A stretch of 64,000 bases of DNA, from positions 15,134 to 79,133 of the forward strand of contig CAZIFU010000287.1 of NCBI GenBank assembly GCA_964539075.1. The letters run 5' to 3'. The stretch comes from an uncultured Verrucomicrobiota bacterium. GTDB taxonomy: Bacteria; Verrucomicrobiota; Verrucomicrobiia; Limisphaerales; CAZIFU01. The notes beneath the pieces are model-generated. The model saw only the letters and a program-made list of their open reading frames with translations. It was not told the origin of the DNA and did no database searches. Of this stretch, positions 46,157 through 55,538 are shown in pieces (the first letter of the stretch is position 1; each line of letters opens with the position of its first letter). A program made the position numbers and the translations under genes.

Positions 46157-47077
46157 TCAGGACTCTTCCAACGGCTCCGGCTGGAGGCCGGGCACCCCCG
46201 CGTCCTCCAGCCGTTTGATCTCCGCCGTGTAACCCTGGCGGAAGGTCGGGTACTTGAGCTGGCAGCCCAGCTCCATTCTGAGCTTGCGGTTGAGCACTTT
46301 CCTGTGCGTCAGGCCGCGCTTGCCGGCAGCTTCCGGCTCCCCGGTCGCGAACGGTGGCATTTCTTTGCCGAGCGTCTCGGAAAGCCAGCGGAAGAAATGC
46401 AGTTGCGTCACCGGTTCGTCATCCACGGCGTTGTAAATCTCACCGGGCCGGCCGCTCTGGAGCGCCGCCACGAGGCAGCCCACCAGGTCGTCGCGATGAA
46501 TCATGTTCATCAGCCGCCCGCCCTGGCCTTCGATGCGCGCCTCGTTCCGGAGATATTGCTGAAACAGATGGCCGCGGCCGGGGCCGTAAATGCCCGCCAC
46601 GCGCAGGATCACCGCCGGAAAGTTTTTCTCCCGTGCCGCCGCGAGCAGCAGCCGCTCCGTTTCCAGCAGCACCCGGGCCGTTTCGCCGGCCGGTTCGGTG
46701 GGGCTGCTCTCCTTGACCTGCGAACCATCCGTCTGTCCGTAAACACCGGTGCTGCTCGTATAGACAAATTTTCTTGGCAGCGCGGGGGCCAGCCATTCGA
46801 TCAAATTGCGCGTGCCGTTGAAATAAACGGCGCGATATTCCTCGACCCCTCCGTGGCTGGACGAAACCGTGTTCACCACCCAATCGAACGGGCCGGGAAG
46901 CTTCTTCAAGTCGTCAAAGTTCGTGATGTCGGCCGTCAGCGGATGAATCCCGGCGGCCTGGAGCGTGGCGGCGGCGTCAGCCGAGCGGCGCACGCCGAAG
47001 ACTTCATGCCCCAGTTGCGCCAGCTTCGTCCCCAGCGGCGAGCCGACGTATCCGCAGCCGACGATCAACACACGCAT
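46157..47077 (-). CDS. NAD-dependent epimerase/dehydratase (YeeZ-like SDR)
   Basis: LIVGCGYVG, YTSSTGVYG, LRVAGIYGP, IHRDD, YNAVDD. Confidence 0.88.
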   Translation of the reverse strand: MRVLIVGCGYVGSPLGTKLAQLGHEVFGVRRSADAAATLQAAGIHPLTADITNFDDLKKLPGPFDWVVNTVSSSHGGVEEYRAVYFNGTRNLIEWLAPALPRKFVYTSSTGVYGQTDGSQVKESSPTEPAGETARVLLETERLLLAAAREKNFPAVILRVAGIYGPGRGHLFQQYLRNEARIEGQGGRLMNMIHRDDLVGCLVAALQSGRPGEIYNAVDDEPVTQLHFFRWLSETLGKEMPPFATGEPEAAGKRGLTHRKVLNRKLRMELGCQLKYPTFRQGYTAEIKRLEDAGVPGLQPEPLEES

Positions 47078-47129
47078 GACCGGAGTTAAACGCAATGGCG
47101 CAGCGAGGCCAAGCCGCAAAACCCATTTT

Positions 47130-47208
47130 TCGGAAGGACGAGCTACGCGAGTCCCTAACTTCCCGGCCGGCCCTTTCAAATGGGGACTCGCGTAGCTCGT
47201 CCCTCCGA
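47130..47208. repeat. GGAGGGACGAGCT-family hairpin
   Basis: Near-perfect 26-bp arms in a divergent intergenic region. Confidence 0.8.
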
Positions 47209-47285
47209 AGCCGACGCCTCGTGATCGCCCAGCCATCCAAACTTCGCTTTGTTTCAATCCCGTTCCCTGATAGATTGGGCGCTCA

Positions 47286-50030
47286 ATGGCCGAATCGCCT
47301 TCTATTTCAACCGCGGCTCTCGAAGCGGAAACCATTCCGCACTCCGCACTCCGCACTCCGCATTTCCCCGAACTGCTCGCCCCGGCCGGCGATTGGGAGT
47401 GCGCCCGCGCGGCCGTCGAGAACGGCGCCGACGCAATCTACTTCGGCCTGGAAAAGTTCAACGCCCGGATGCGCGCGCGCAATTTCACCGGGACGGACCT
47501 GCCCAGGTTGATGGAGTTTCTCCACCGCCGAGGTGTGAAGGGCTACGTCACTTTCAATACGCTCGTCTTCGCCAATGAGCTGGCCGAGGCGACGCAATAC
47601 CTGCGCGCCATCATCGCCGCCGGCGTGGACGCCGCCATCGTGCAGGACGTGGGCATCTGCCGGCTGATCCGGCGCCTCTCACCCGATTTCCCGATTCACG
47701 CGAGCACGCAGATGACGATCACCAGCGCCGCCGGCGTGGAGTTCGCGCGCGAACTGGGCTGCCACCTGGTCGTGCTGGCGCGGGAGAATTCGTTGAAGGA
47801 AATCGAGAAGATTCAAGAGGCACAGCGCGCTTCGTTCGGAGTCCAGCCTTCAGGCTGTTCCTCCGCGCCCGGACAGCCTGAAGGCTGGACTCCGAACTTG
47901 CCGCTCGAGGTGTTCGTCCACGGCGCGCTCTGCGTGGCCTACTCGGGCCAATGTCTCACCAGCGAGGCGCTGGGCGGCCGCAGCGCCAATCGCGGCGAAT
48001 GCGCGCAGGCCTGCCGGATGCCCTACGAGTTGATCTCCGACGGCAACCGGATTCCCCTCGGCGACAAAAAATATCTCCTCAGCCCGCAAGACCTCGCCGG
48101 GCTGGAAGTATTGTCCGAACTGGTCCGTCTCGGCGTCGCTTCACTCAAGATCGAAGGCCGCCTCAAGTCGCCCGAATACGTGGCCGGCATCACGCGCGTT
48201 TACCGCCAGGCGCTGGATGATTTACGATTTACGATTTACGATTTACGAGAATCGCGAAGTTCGGAAGCTGTGGCCGAAACCAGCCCGGCGCGTAAATCGC
48301 AAATCGTAAATCGTCAATACGAGATGGAGATGTCCTTCTCGCGCGGCCTCTCCACCGGCTGGTTCCGTGGCAACGACCACCAGGCGCTCGTCCACGCCCG
48401 ATTCGGCAAGAAACGCGGCGTGTCTCTCGGCGAAGTCACCCGCGTGCTGCACGACGCCGTGGTCGTCCGCCTCGCCGGCCCGCTCAAGCCCGGCGACGGC
48501 ATCGTGTTCGACGCCGGCCATCCCGAAGAGAAAGAGGCGGGCGGGCGGGTCTTCAAGGTTCAAAGTGCAAAGCGCAACGTTCAAGGTTCGCCCCAGGCCA
48601 CCGTGACCTTCGGCCGTGGCGCAGTGGATTTCACCCGCGTCCACGTCGGCGACAAGGTTTGGAAGACGAGCGACCCGGAACTTGACCGCCGCCTGCGCCG
48701 GACGTTTGCAGGCGACGTGCCGAGGTTTCAACGGCCGATTCACCTCGAAGTCCACGGCCACGCTGGCGCGCCACTCACGCTCATCGCCGGTGACGAGCCT
48801 GGCCACATCGTGCAGATCGCCTCGACGGTGCCGCTCGCACCGGCCGAAAAGCAGCCGCTGACGACCGAGCGCCTGACCGGGCAACTGGGCCGTCTTGGCG
48901 GCACGCCCTTCACGCTCGGGGATTTGCACAACCACCTCGAAGGCGACGTCATCCTGCCGGTCCGCGAACTCAACGCGCTCCGCCGCGCAGCCGTGGCGCA
49001 ATTGGAGGCGCTCCGCGCTCAGCCGAAGCGGTGGACGCTGAACGAATGTGGAATGCGGAATGCGGAATGCGGAATAGAGCACAACGGGTCTCACGAATCC
49101 AAAATTCCGCGCCCCGCCCTCCGCGCTCCGCAGTTGATCGTCTTGGTCCGCTCGCTCGCCCAACTGGAGTCCGCGTTGCGCTGCGGCGTCGAAACGGTCT
49201 ATTGCGAATTCGCGGACCCGAAGAAATACCGCGAGGCCGTCACGCTCTTCCACACCGCGCGCGGCTGCGCTGTTTCCCAAGACCCCAAATCCCAGACCCC
49301 ATCCCCTTCAATCTGGGTGGCTCCTCCGCGCATCACCAAGCCGGGCGAGGAATGGATTCTCCAGCAAGTCCGCTCCTGCAACGCCGACGGCTACCTCGTC
49401 CGCAACTATGATCACCTGAAGTTTTTTGCGGGCTGCCGGCGCATCGGCGACTTCTCGCTCAACGTCGCGAACCCGCTCACGGCGGAATACTTCAAGGAGA
49501 AGTTCGGCCTGGAGCGCGTCACGGCCTCCTATGACCTGAACATCACGCAGCTCGAAGCGCTGCTGCGCGCCGCGCCGCCGGAATGGTTTGAGGTGACGAT
49601 TCACCAGCACATGCCGATGTTTCACATGGAGCACTGCGTCTTCTGCGCGTTCCTCTCCACCGGCAAGGACTACCGCGATTGCGGCCGCCCCTGCGACAAG
49701 CACGACGTGAAGCTCCGCGACCGTGTGGGCATGGAACACCCGCTCAAGGCCGACGTGGGCTGTCGCAACACCGTCTTCAACGCGCGCGCCCAGACGGGCG
49801 CCGAGTTCATCGAACCTCTCCTGGCGATCGGGGCGCGTCATTTTCGCATCGAATTCGTCAACGAATCGCCCGTCGAAGTGGCGCGCACGATCACGCAGTA
49901 TCGCGCGTTGTTGCGCGGCGAAATCACCGGCGCGCGACTTTGGCAGGAGTTGAAGTTGATCAACCAGCTCGGCGTCACCCGCGGCCAGTTGGATCAGACC
50001 GAAGTGCGCAAGGTGGTGCCGAAAGCGTAG
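47286..50030 (+). CDS. Peptidase U32-family Fe-S protein with DUF3656-like region (RlhA-like RNA hydroxylase), six in-frame repeat inserts
   Basis: ELLAPAG, FNARMRA, HASTQ, HGALCVAYSGQC, NRGECAQACR, SLKIEGR. Confidence 0.88.
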   Translation: MAESPSISTAALEAETIPHSALRTPHFPELLAPAGDWECARAAVENGADAIYFGLEKFNARMRARNFTGTDLPRLMEFLHRRGVKGYVTFNTLVFANELAEATQYLRAIIAAGVDAAIVQDVGICRLIRRLSPDFPIHASTQMTITSAAGVEFARELGCHLVVLARENSLKEIEKIQEAQRASFGVQPSGCSSAPGQPEGWTPNLPLEVFVHGALCVAYSGQCLTSEALGGRSANRGECAQACRMPYELISDGNRIPLGDKKYLLSPQDLAGLEVLSELVRLGVASLKIEGRLKSPEYVAGITRVYRQALDDLRFTIYDLRESRSSEAVAETSPARKSQIVNRQYEMEMSFSRGLSTGWFRGNDHQALVHARFGKKRGVSLGEVTRVLHDAVVVRLAGPLKPGDGIVFDAGHPEEKEAGGRVFKVQSAKRNVQGSPQATVTFGRGAVDFTRVHVGDKVWKTSDPELDRRLRRTFAGDVPRFQRPIHLEVHGHAGAPLTLIAGDEPGHIVQIASTVPLAPAEKQPLTTERLTGQLGRLGGTPFTLGDLHNHLEGDVILPVRELNALRRAAVAQLEALRAQPKRWTLNECGMRNAECGIEHNGSHESKIPRPALRAPQLIVLVRSLAQLESALRCGVETVYCEFADPKKYREAVTLFHTARGCAVSQDPKSQTPSPSIWVAPPRITKPGEEWILQQVRSCNADGYLVRNYDHLKFFAGCRRIGDFSLNVANPLTAEYFKEKFGLERVTASYDLNITQLEALLRAAPPEWFEVTIHQHMPMFHMEHCVFCAFLSTGKDYRDCGRPCDKHDVKLRDRVGMEHPLKADVGCRNTVFNARAQTGAEFIEPLLAIGARHFRIEFVNESPVEVARTITQYRALLRGEITGARLWQELKLINQLGVTRGQLDQTEVRKVVPKA

Positions 50031-50034
50031 CTGC

Positions 50035-50101
50035 CGGAGGGAGGAGCGACGCGAGTCCCCGACTGATCCAGGAGTGGGACTCGCGCAGCTCGTCCCTCCG
50101 A
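50035..50101. repeat. GGAGGGACGAGCT-family hairpin between convergent genes
   Basis: cgcgagtccc / gggactcgcg arms. Confidence 0.75.
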
Positions 50102-50115
50102 AACGTTTGGCGCGT

Positions 50116-51237
50116 TTACCCGATCTTCTGCCGGAAGCGCAGGACGCACAGGGCGAAGAGCGCGCCGCCCATCCCCGACAGGACCACCAGGTGTTGCCAG
50201 AAATCGTGCAGGCTCGCCCCGCGCAGGATGATGGCCCGCGCCAGTTCGATGAAGTACGTGGTCGGCAGGCACGCGCCCAGCGCCCAGAAAATCCAGGGCA
50301 TCGTCTCGCGCGGAAAGATGAACCCGGAGAAGAAGACCGACGGCATGATGAAAATCATGCTCATTTGCAGCGCCTGCATCTGGTTTTGCGCGCGGGTCGA
50401 GAGCAGCAGCCCCAGGCTCAACAGTGAAAAGATATACAACACCGTCGCCGCCGCCAGCGCCGTCAGGCTGCCGGCAATCGGCACGTCGAACAGCCAGTGC
50501 ATGATGGCGTAGAGGCCCGAGGACATCACGATGCCGATGCACAGGTAGGGCACGAGCTTGCCGAGCATCAGGCCCCACCGGGAAAGCGGGCTGACGAGCA
50601 GTTGCTCCAGGGTGCCGCGCTCGCGCTCGCGCACCAGCGACATCGCCGTGGCGAACGTCGTCGCGATTTGCAGCACCACGCCGATGACGCCCGGCACGAA
50701 AAAGTTCGGGCTGCGCATGGCCGGGTTGTAGAGAATTTGCGGTCGCACTTCGACGGGCAGTTCGCGCAGGCCGGTTTGGGTCTGGAAGTGCAGCAGCGAT
50801 TCGCGGAAGGCCACGCTGATGGAGGTGTTCAACGCCGAGCCGGCGATGGTGGAACTGGAGCCGTCAATAAGCACCTGAAGGTGCGCGGTGCGGCCGGCGT
50901 GGAGGTTGCGCGTGAAGTCGGGCGGGATTTGCAGGCCCACGTAGGCCTTGCCGCGGCGGATGACGGCGGCCAGTTCGTCCACGCTTTGCACCTCGCCCAC
51001 CACGCGGAAGGTCTGTGTGTTGACGAAGCGCTCGATGATCTGCCGGCTCTCGGTGGTGCGGTCCTCGTTGAGAACGACCATCGCCATGTGCTTCACGTCG
51101 TTGTCCAGCGCGTAACCGAACGCGACCATCTCGATCAGCGGCGGGAAGAACATGAAGAACAGCGTCAGCGGATCGCGCAGGACCACGCGGAATTCCTTGT
51201 AGAGAATGGCGGAGAAGCCGCGGAAGGGGGTTTTCAT
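50116..51237 (-). CDS. ABC-2 type transporter permease (YbhR/YbhS-like)
   Basis: LYNPAMRSPNFFVPG, RERERGTLEQLLVSP, FSGFIFP. Confidence 0.92.
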   Translation of the reverse strand: MKTPFRGFSAILYKEFRVVLRDPLTLFFMFFPPLIEMVAFGYALDNDVKHMAMVVLNEDRTTESRQIIERFVNTQTFRVVGEVQSVDELAAVIRRGKAYVGLQIPPDFTRNLHAGRTAHLQVLIDGSSSTIAGSALNTSISVAFRESLLHFQTQTGLRELPVEVRPQILYNPAMRSPNFFVPGVIGVVLQIATTFATAMSLVRERERGTLEQLLVSPLSRWGLMLGKLVPYLCIGIVMSSGLYAIMHWLFDVPIAGSLTALAAATVLYIFSLLSLGLLLSTRAQNQMQALQMSMIFIMPSVFFSGFIFPRETMPWIFWALGACLPTTYFIELARAIILRGASLHDFWQHLVVLSGMGGALFALCVLRFRQKIG

Positions 51238-51265
51238 CGGGCAACCTTCGGGAGCCGTACGTTGG

Positions 51266-51415
51266 AAAATGACGAATGACGAATGACGAATGACGAAAGA
51301 ATGACGAAGCTCGAAGCCCCAAGACGCGTGCGCAAATCGTTCGCGTTGGCATCGGCTGTTTCGACATTCGTCATTTGGAATTCCTTGGTCATTAGGATTT
51401 GGTCATTCGTCATTG
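51266..51415. repeat. (GAATGAC)n heptamer hairpin
   Basis: Four to five GAATGAC units and an inverted GTCATT(C/T) arm; supplies the ATPase stop codon. Confidence 0.8.
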
Positions 51416-52365
51416 CCCCGAGCGCCGTTGATGCGATCACTTGTCAAAGCGACGAAAACATCCTCCAGCGACGGCGCAATCGGCCGGATGTCCGCGCGCG
51501 CGATGCCCACCTTCGTCAGTTCCTCGCGCATGAGTTGCTCGGACATGTCCTGCTCGATCAGCAGGTGCATGGATTGGCCGAAGACCGTCGCGGCCTTCAC
51601 CCCCGGCAGCCGCCGCAACGACTGCAAGCCCACCGTCACGTGCTCGCACGTCACGTCCACCCGGCGTGTGCCGGGCGGGTTGACGACGCGGAGTTGCTTG
51701 AGCGCATCCGGCTCGCCGCACACCACCAGTTTGGAGAAGGAGATGTAGCCCACGTGCGAACAGCGTTCCGCCTCGTCCATGTAATGCGTCGTGATGAACA
51801 GCGTGATCCCCTTGCTGGAAAACTCGAAGAGCAAATCCCATAACTCGCGCCGCGCCACCGGATCAATGCCCGCCGTCGGCTCGTCGAGAAACAGCACGCT
51901 CGGCTTGTGTACCAACGAGCAGGCCATCGCGAGCCGTTGCCGCCAACCGCCGGAGAGCAGGCCGGCGCGGCGAGCGAGGTAGGGTTCGAGGTGCGTGAGC
52001 GTGATAAGTTCGTCGCGCCGCTGCGCCAGCGCCGCGCCGCGCAGCCCGTAGAGCCGCGAGTAAAACGTGATGTTCTCGTGCGCCGTCAATTCGTCGTAGA
52101 GCGAGAACTTCTGCGACATGTAACCGATGAGCGACTTGATGTGCTCCGTCTGCCGCGCCACGTCGTAGCCGGCGATGGTCGCGCGCCCCTCGGACGGTTC
52201 CAGCAGCCCGCACAACATGCGGATGACCGTGGACTTGCCCGAGCCGTTGGGACCGAGGAAGCCGAAGATGGACCCTTTGGCGACGCTGAACGACACGCCG
52301 TCCACGGCGGTGAAATGTCCAAACCGCTTCGTCAGGTTTTCACATTCGATCATCGCGTCGGGCAT
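51403..52365 (-). CDS. ABC transporter ATP-binding protein
   Basis: [33 protein letters not shown]. Confidence 0.93.
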   Translation of the reverse strand: MPDAMIECENLTKRFGHFTAVDGVSFSVAKGSIFGFLGPNGSGKSTVIRMLCGLLEPSEGRATIAGYDVARQTEHIKSLIGYMSQKFSLYDELTAHENITFYSRLYGLRGAALAQRRDELITLTHLEPYLARRAGLLSGGWRQRLAMACSLVHKPSVLFLDEPTAGIDPVARRELWDLLFEFSSKGITLFITTHYMDEAERCSHVGYISFSKLVVCGEPDALKQLRVVNPPGTRRVDVTCEHVTVGLQSLRRLPGVKAATVFGQSMHLLIEQDMSEQLMREELTKVGIARADIRPIAPSLEDVFVALTSDRINGARGNDE

Positions 52366-52373
52366 GGTGAAGA

Positions 52374-52991
52374 TCACTCGGTTGTTACCTCGAACCCCTC
52401 AAAGCGCTGTTCCCAAACTTGCATCAACGGTCGCCAGTCATTCCCGTCGCCAGCCCTCAGTGCGGCGAAATAATTGGACTCGCCTGCGGTCTCCGTGGGA
52501 ACAAGGTCAACCGGCGGAAGTTCCAACCGGCGGAGCAATTCACGAAGAAAGAGACGGGTGACACGACCATTGAAATCGTTGAACGGATGGATCGAGAGCA
52601 GGCGCCCCTCGGCAAACGCGAGCATTTCCAGGAGCAGGTCATCCATCTTCCTGCTGGCATTTTGGAGACGCACACGAAGGTTCTCGCTGTAGTCACGCAT
52701 GAGGATGGGCACGCGAAACGGCGGTGGTGGGTTGTGCTCGCCGACCGTCACCTCGGCGTCGCGCCACCGACCCGCCCATTCGGGCACCAGATCAGCGGCG
52801 ATTTCAGAATGAAAACGCAGGATGAGTTCGCCACCGGGGTCTTGGGCAGCAAAAGCGCCTGAAGCAATGGCGGTTTCCACGCGGAGCACACGTTCGGCCA
52901 GCAGCGGCGCCAACTGCGAATAACTCAGGAGGCCGCTTGTGGTTTGAATGAAGCGGGTCGCTCCGCCTGGCGGTGTAGTTTCTCCAGCCAT
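52374..52991 (-). CDS. Fic-domain protein (class I toxin candidate)
   Basis: HPFNDFNGRVTR, a variant of HPFx(D/E)GNGRxxR. Confidence 0.88.
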   Translation of the reverse strand: MAGETTPPGGATRFIQTTSGLLSYSQLAPLLAERVLRVETAIASGAFAAQDPGGELILRFHSEIAADLVPEWAGRWRDAEVTVGEHNPPPPFRVPILMRDYSENLRVRLQNASRKMDDLLLEMLAFAEGRLLSIHPFNDFNGRVTRLFLRELLRRLELPPVDLVPTETAGESNYFAALRAGDGNDWRPLMQVWEQRFEGFEVTTE

Positions 52992-53122
52992 GATTGGTCA
53001 ACGGCCTCCTTCTCGAACGCCATGGACAGGGCCACCTGGCGCGGAATCCGCCGCCAACAAATCTCCTGCCGGGCTTCAGCATTGAGCCGCCGCCAGCGTT
53101 GGATGGTTTCAGTCCATTTCAT
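52925..53122 (-). CDS. Small protein, candidate FicA-like antitoxin
   Basis: Directly upstream of and overlapping fic; SMAFEK resembles the (S/T)xxxE(G/N) inhibitory motif. Confidence 0.6.
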   Translation of the reverse strand: MKWTETIQRWRRLNAEARQEICWRRIPRQVALSMAFEKEAVDQSWLEKLHRQAERPASFKPQAAS

Positions 53123-53128
53123 GCCGGA

Positions 53129-53157
53129 ACATTACTGCCGATGCGGTAGCCAGACAA
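53129..53157 (-). promoter_or_regulatory. Putative sigma70 promoter of the Fic cassette
   Basis: TTGTCT-17 nt-TAATGT, ATG 6 nt downstream. Confidence 0.6.
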
Positions 53158-53159
53158 GA

Positions 53160-53324
53160 CTACAATCCGCATAACATGCGGATGACTGTGGACTTGCCCG
53201 AGCCATTGGGACCGAGGAAGCCGAAGATGGACCCCTTGGCCACGCTGAACGATACGCCATCCACAGCGGTGAAATGCCCGAACCGCTTGGTCAGGTTTTC
53301 GCAGTGGATCATCGCGTCGGGCAT
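53160..53324 (-). pseudogene. Duplicated, truncated 5' end of the ABC ATPase gene
   Basis: 54 codons match 52204-52365 with 16 mismatches, 14 synonymous, then TAG. Confidence 0.95.
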
Positions 53325-53332
53325 GAGGCAGC

Positions 53333-54791
53333 CTATTCGGGTAGGCGCAGTTTCCAGAGAAACTCGTCCGTTGCGATGTAAACGGAATTCTTGGCAACCA
53401 CAGGCGAATGGTAAAGCCCCAGAGGCAACTGAAAGCGGCCAAGACATTTCTTTTTCCTGCCGGCCGCGAACACAATCAAGTCACCGTCATCAGTTCCGAC
53501 CAGAACCTTGCCGTCTGCAAGGCAGGGCGAGCCATAGTAACAACCGCGCGCGCCGTCAGCGAGTCGGCTGTGCCAGATTTCTTCCCCGGTCTTTTCATCC
53601 AGGGCAAATAAAACGGCCTGCCAGCCCAAGACATAAACGATTCCGTCGGCCACGGTGGCCGAGCCGTAAGTGCTGCCGAACTCTGGATGTTGAAATGTCC
53701 AGCGCACGGCTTTCGCAGTAGCGTCGCCACGATGCCCGAGGGCAATGGCGTAAAGCGGCGCGTTGGTTTGAGGTTGCTCAAAGTCATTGTTCAGACCGAC
53801 ATAGATCGTATCGCGATGGACAGTCGGAGTTCCTACGAAGAAATTTTTCCGGTTTTCGGGATACAAACCGGATTCCACTGCTCGCCAGTCGTTCGCCGCA
53901 GGTTCCGTGCAATTGGCCTTCCAAATCTCCCGTCCAGTCTTCGGTTCAAATCCATACAACCATCCATCCCCCCCCGGGAAAAATCACCTGGTCCACGCCG
54001 TTCACTCGCGCAACGGCGGGCGAAGACCACTGGCCATACATGATTGCCTGGCCCGGCGCGTGACTGCTCCAAACCACTTTGCCGCTCTCCTTGTCCACCG
54101 CCAGAAATGACGGCGCGGAACTCGGTTCGCCTGACGGACGGCAACCTTCGCCGGTAACGCAAAACACCAAGTTGCCCGGCACCATGGGCGAGCAAATCGG
54201 ATTGCCTACGTCGCCCGCATCCCGCTTGAAGACGCCGAGCTCTCGAACCATGTCGAGTTTCCAGATGAAGTCGGCGTCGGTCGGTCCGGTGAGGTCCTCC
54301 GACGTGAAAGGGCTGTTGTTCTTGCCGTCGCGGAAACCCTCCATGTCCACGCAGACCAACTCGCCACGATTGCTCACATACAACGCGCGCCCGCCTTCCA
54401 CCCACGGGCGCGAATTGATGAACCCCAGCATGTCGTTGACACGTTCTGGAAGTCTGGGATGGGCTGACTGCCACAGAATCTCGCCCGTCTGGCTGTTGAA
54501 GCACTTCAGCGCACCACCCTCTTCCGCGATCTTGTGAGTGCGCGGATCCTCTCTTTGAAAACTCGTGCCAACCAGAATCTTTTCGCGCGAGAGCGCTACT
54601 GCGCCGGAGTTCCAGCCAATCTTCGCGCGCCAGATCACATACTTGCCGCCATCCTTGGTGCAATCCCAAACCGGAGCTTTTTCCACCTCGGGGTCTATTT
54701 GAGCGCGAAGAGCGTTCGCAAGGGACAGCATCAGGACGAACGTCAGCGCGAGGCAACGAAACGTTCTTGATCGGCAGTTCTTTCGTTTCAT
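53333..54791 (-). pseudogene. PQQ-binding-like (BamB-type) beta-propeller protein split by a +1 frameshift in a G8 tract
   Basis: ORFs 53946-54791 and 53333-53959 join as FPGGDGWLYGFEPKTG if the G run at 53968-53975 is G7. Confidence 0.8.
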
Positions 54792-54806
54792 AACGTTGTC
54801 TGGTTC

Positions 54807-54831
54807 TTACTTTGCCACGATCGGGAACGTC
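54807..54831 (-). repeat. Short diverged copy of the hlyD 3' end
   Basis: g-acg-ttc-ccg-atc-gtg-gca-aag-taa (TFPIVAK*) versus 55539-55563 g-acg-ttt-ccc-ggc-ttg-acg-aag-tga (TFPGLTK*); 17/25 nt identical. Confidence 0.45.
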
Positions 54832-55180
54832 ACGATTCCGGCGGAGGATTTGCGGCCAGATAAGCCTCCAAGCGCGCGATCAAGGGTGGAAGGTCTCGTT
54901 GCACGGTGTCCCACACGACATCCAGGTCCACATCGTCGTAGTCGTGGATGAGAATGTTCCGCATCGCGGTGATCAGCTTCCAGGGGATCTCGGGGAAAGT
55001 TTTGAGGGCTTCGGGAGACAGTCGGCGGGCGGCTTCGCCGATGATCTCAAACTTGCGGTTCACCGCTTCATACTTTTCTTCGTTTGCCTTGAAATCCTCG
55101 CGGGAGACGCCGCTGGTGAATCGCCGGATGGCTTTGGCAGCTTCGAGAATATCCTCCAGATAAGCATTATCCTTCGGCAT
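54830..55180 (-). CDS. hepT: HEPN (DUF86) RNase toxin
   Basis: EIIGEAA, IPWKLITAMRNILIHDY (RX4H), DVVWDTV. Confidence 0.92.
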   Translation of the reverse strand: MPKDNAYLEDILEAAKAIRRFTSGVSREDFKANEEKYEAVNRKFEIIGEAARRLSPEALKTFPEIPWKLITAMRNILIHDYDDVDLDVVWDTVQRDLPPLIARLEAYLAANPPPES

Positions 55181-55475
55181 AAATCGGCGTTGCCGTGGAA
55201 AGGATGGAATGTTTACGGTAGCGATTGCGGCTGCGCTCAATGGCGCGGCGGCTCACCAAATCCACCGGACGACCGAACAACTCTGCTAACTTTTCCTGCA
55301 TATCCGCCCAATCGAGCAGCGTCGGACGCGCATCTGAACGAAGCGTGGCCAGCAGATCAACGTCGCTGTCACCGCGAAAATCATCGCGCAGCGCCGAGCC
55401 GAACAATTCGAGCCGGGCAATGCCGCGTTCCCGGCAGAATCGTCCAAGCTTCTCGCGATTGAAGTTCAGCTTCAT
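55167..55475 (-). CDS. mntA: Minimal nucleotidyltransferase antitoxin
   Basis: LFGSALRDDFRGDSDVDLL, GRPVDLV. Confidence 0.92.
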   Translation of the reverse strand: MKLNFNREKLGRFCRERGIARLELFGSALRDDFRGDSDVDLLATLRSDARPTLLDWADMQEKLAELFGRPVDLVSRRAIERSRNRYRKHSILSTATPIYAEG

Positions 55476-55481
55476 GCTGCT

Positions 55482-55510
55482 GTTTTACCATTTTGAATCG
55501 GCGCTGTCAA
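55482..55510 (-). promoter_or_regulatory. Putative sigma70 promoter of the MNT-HEPN cassette
   Basis: TTGACA-17 nt-TAAAAC with extended TG, ATG 6 nt downstream. Confidence 0.6.
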
Positions 55511-55538
55511 AATCGCCCTGTTCGCGCGTTTTGTGATT

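Noticed and set aside
54785-54800. GTTATG at the PQQ-like gene start as an integron attC crossover site
   Set aside because: No matching RYYYAAC inverse core or attC hairpin at the other end of the gene, and no integron integrase in the window.
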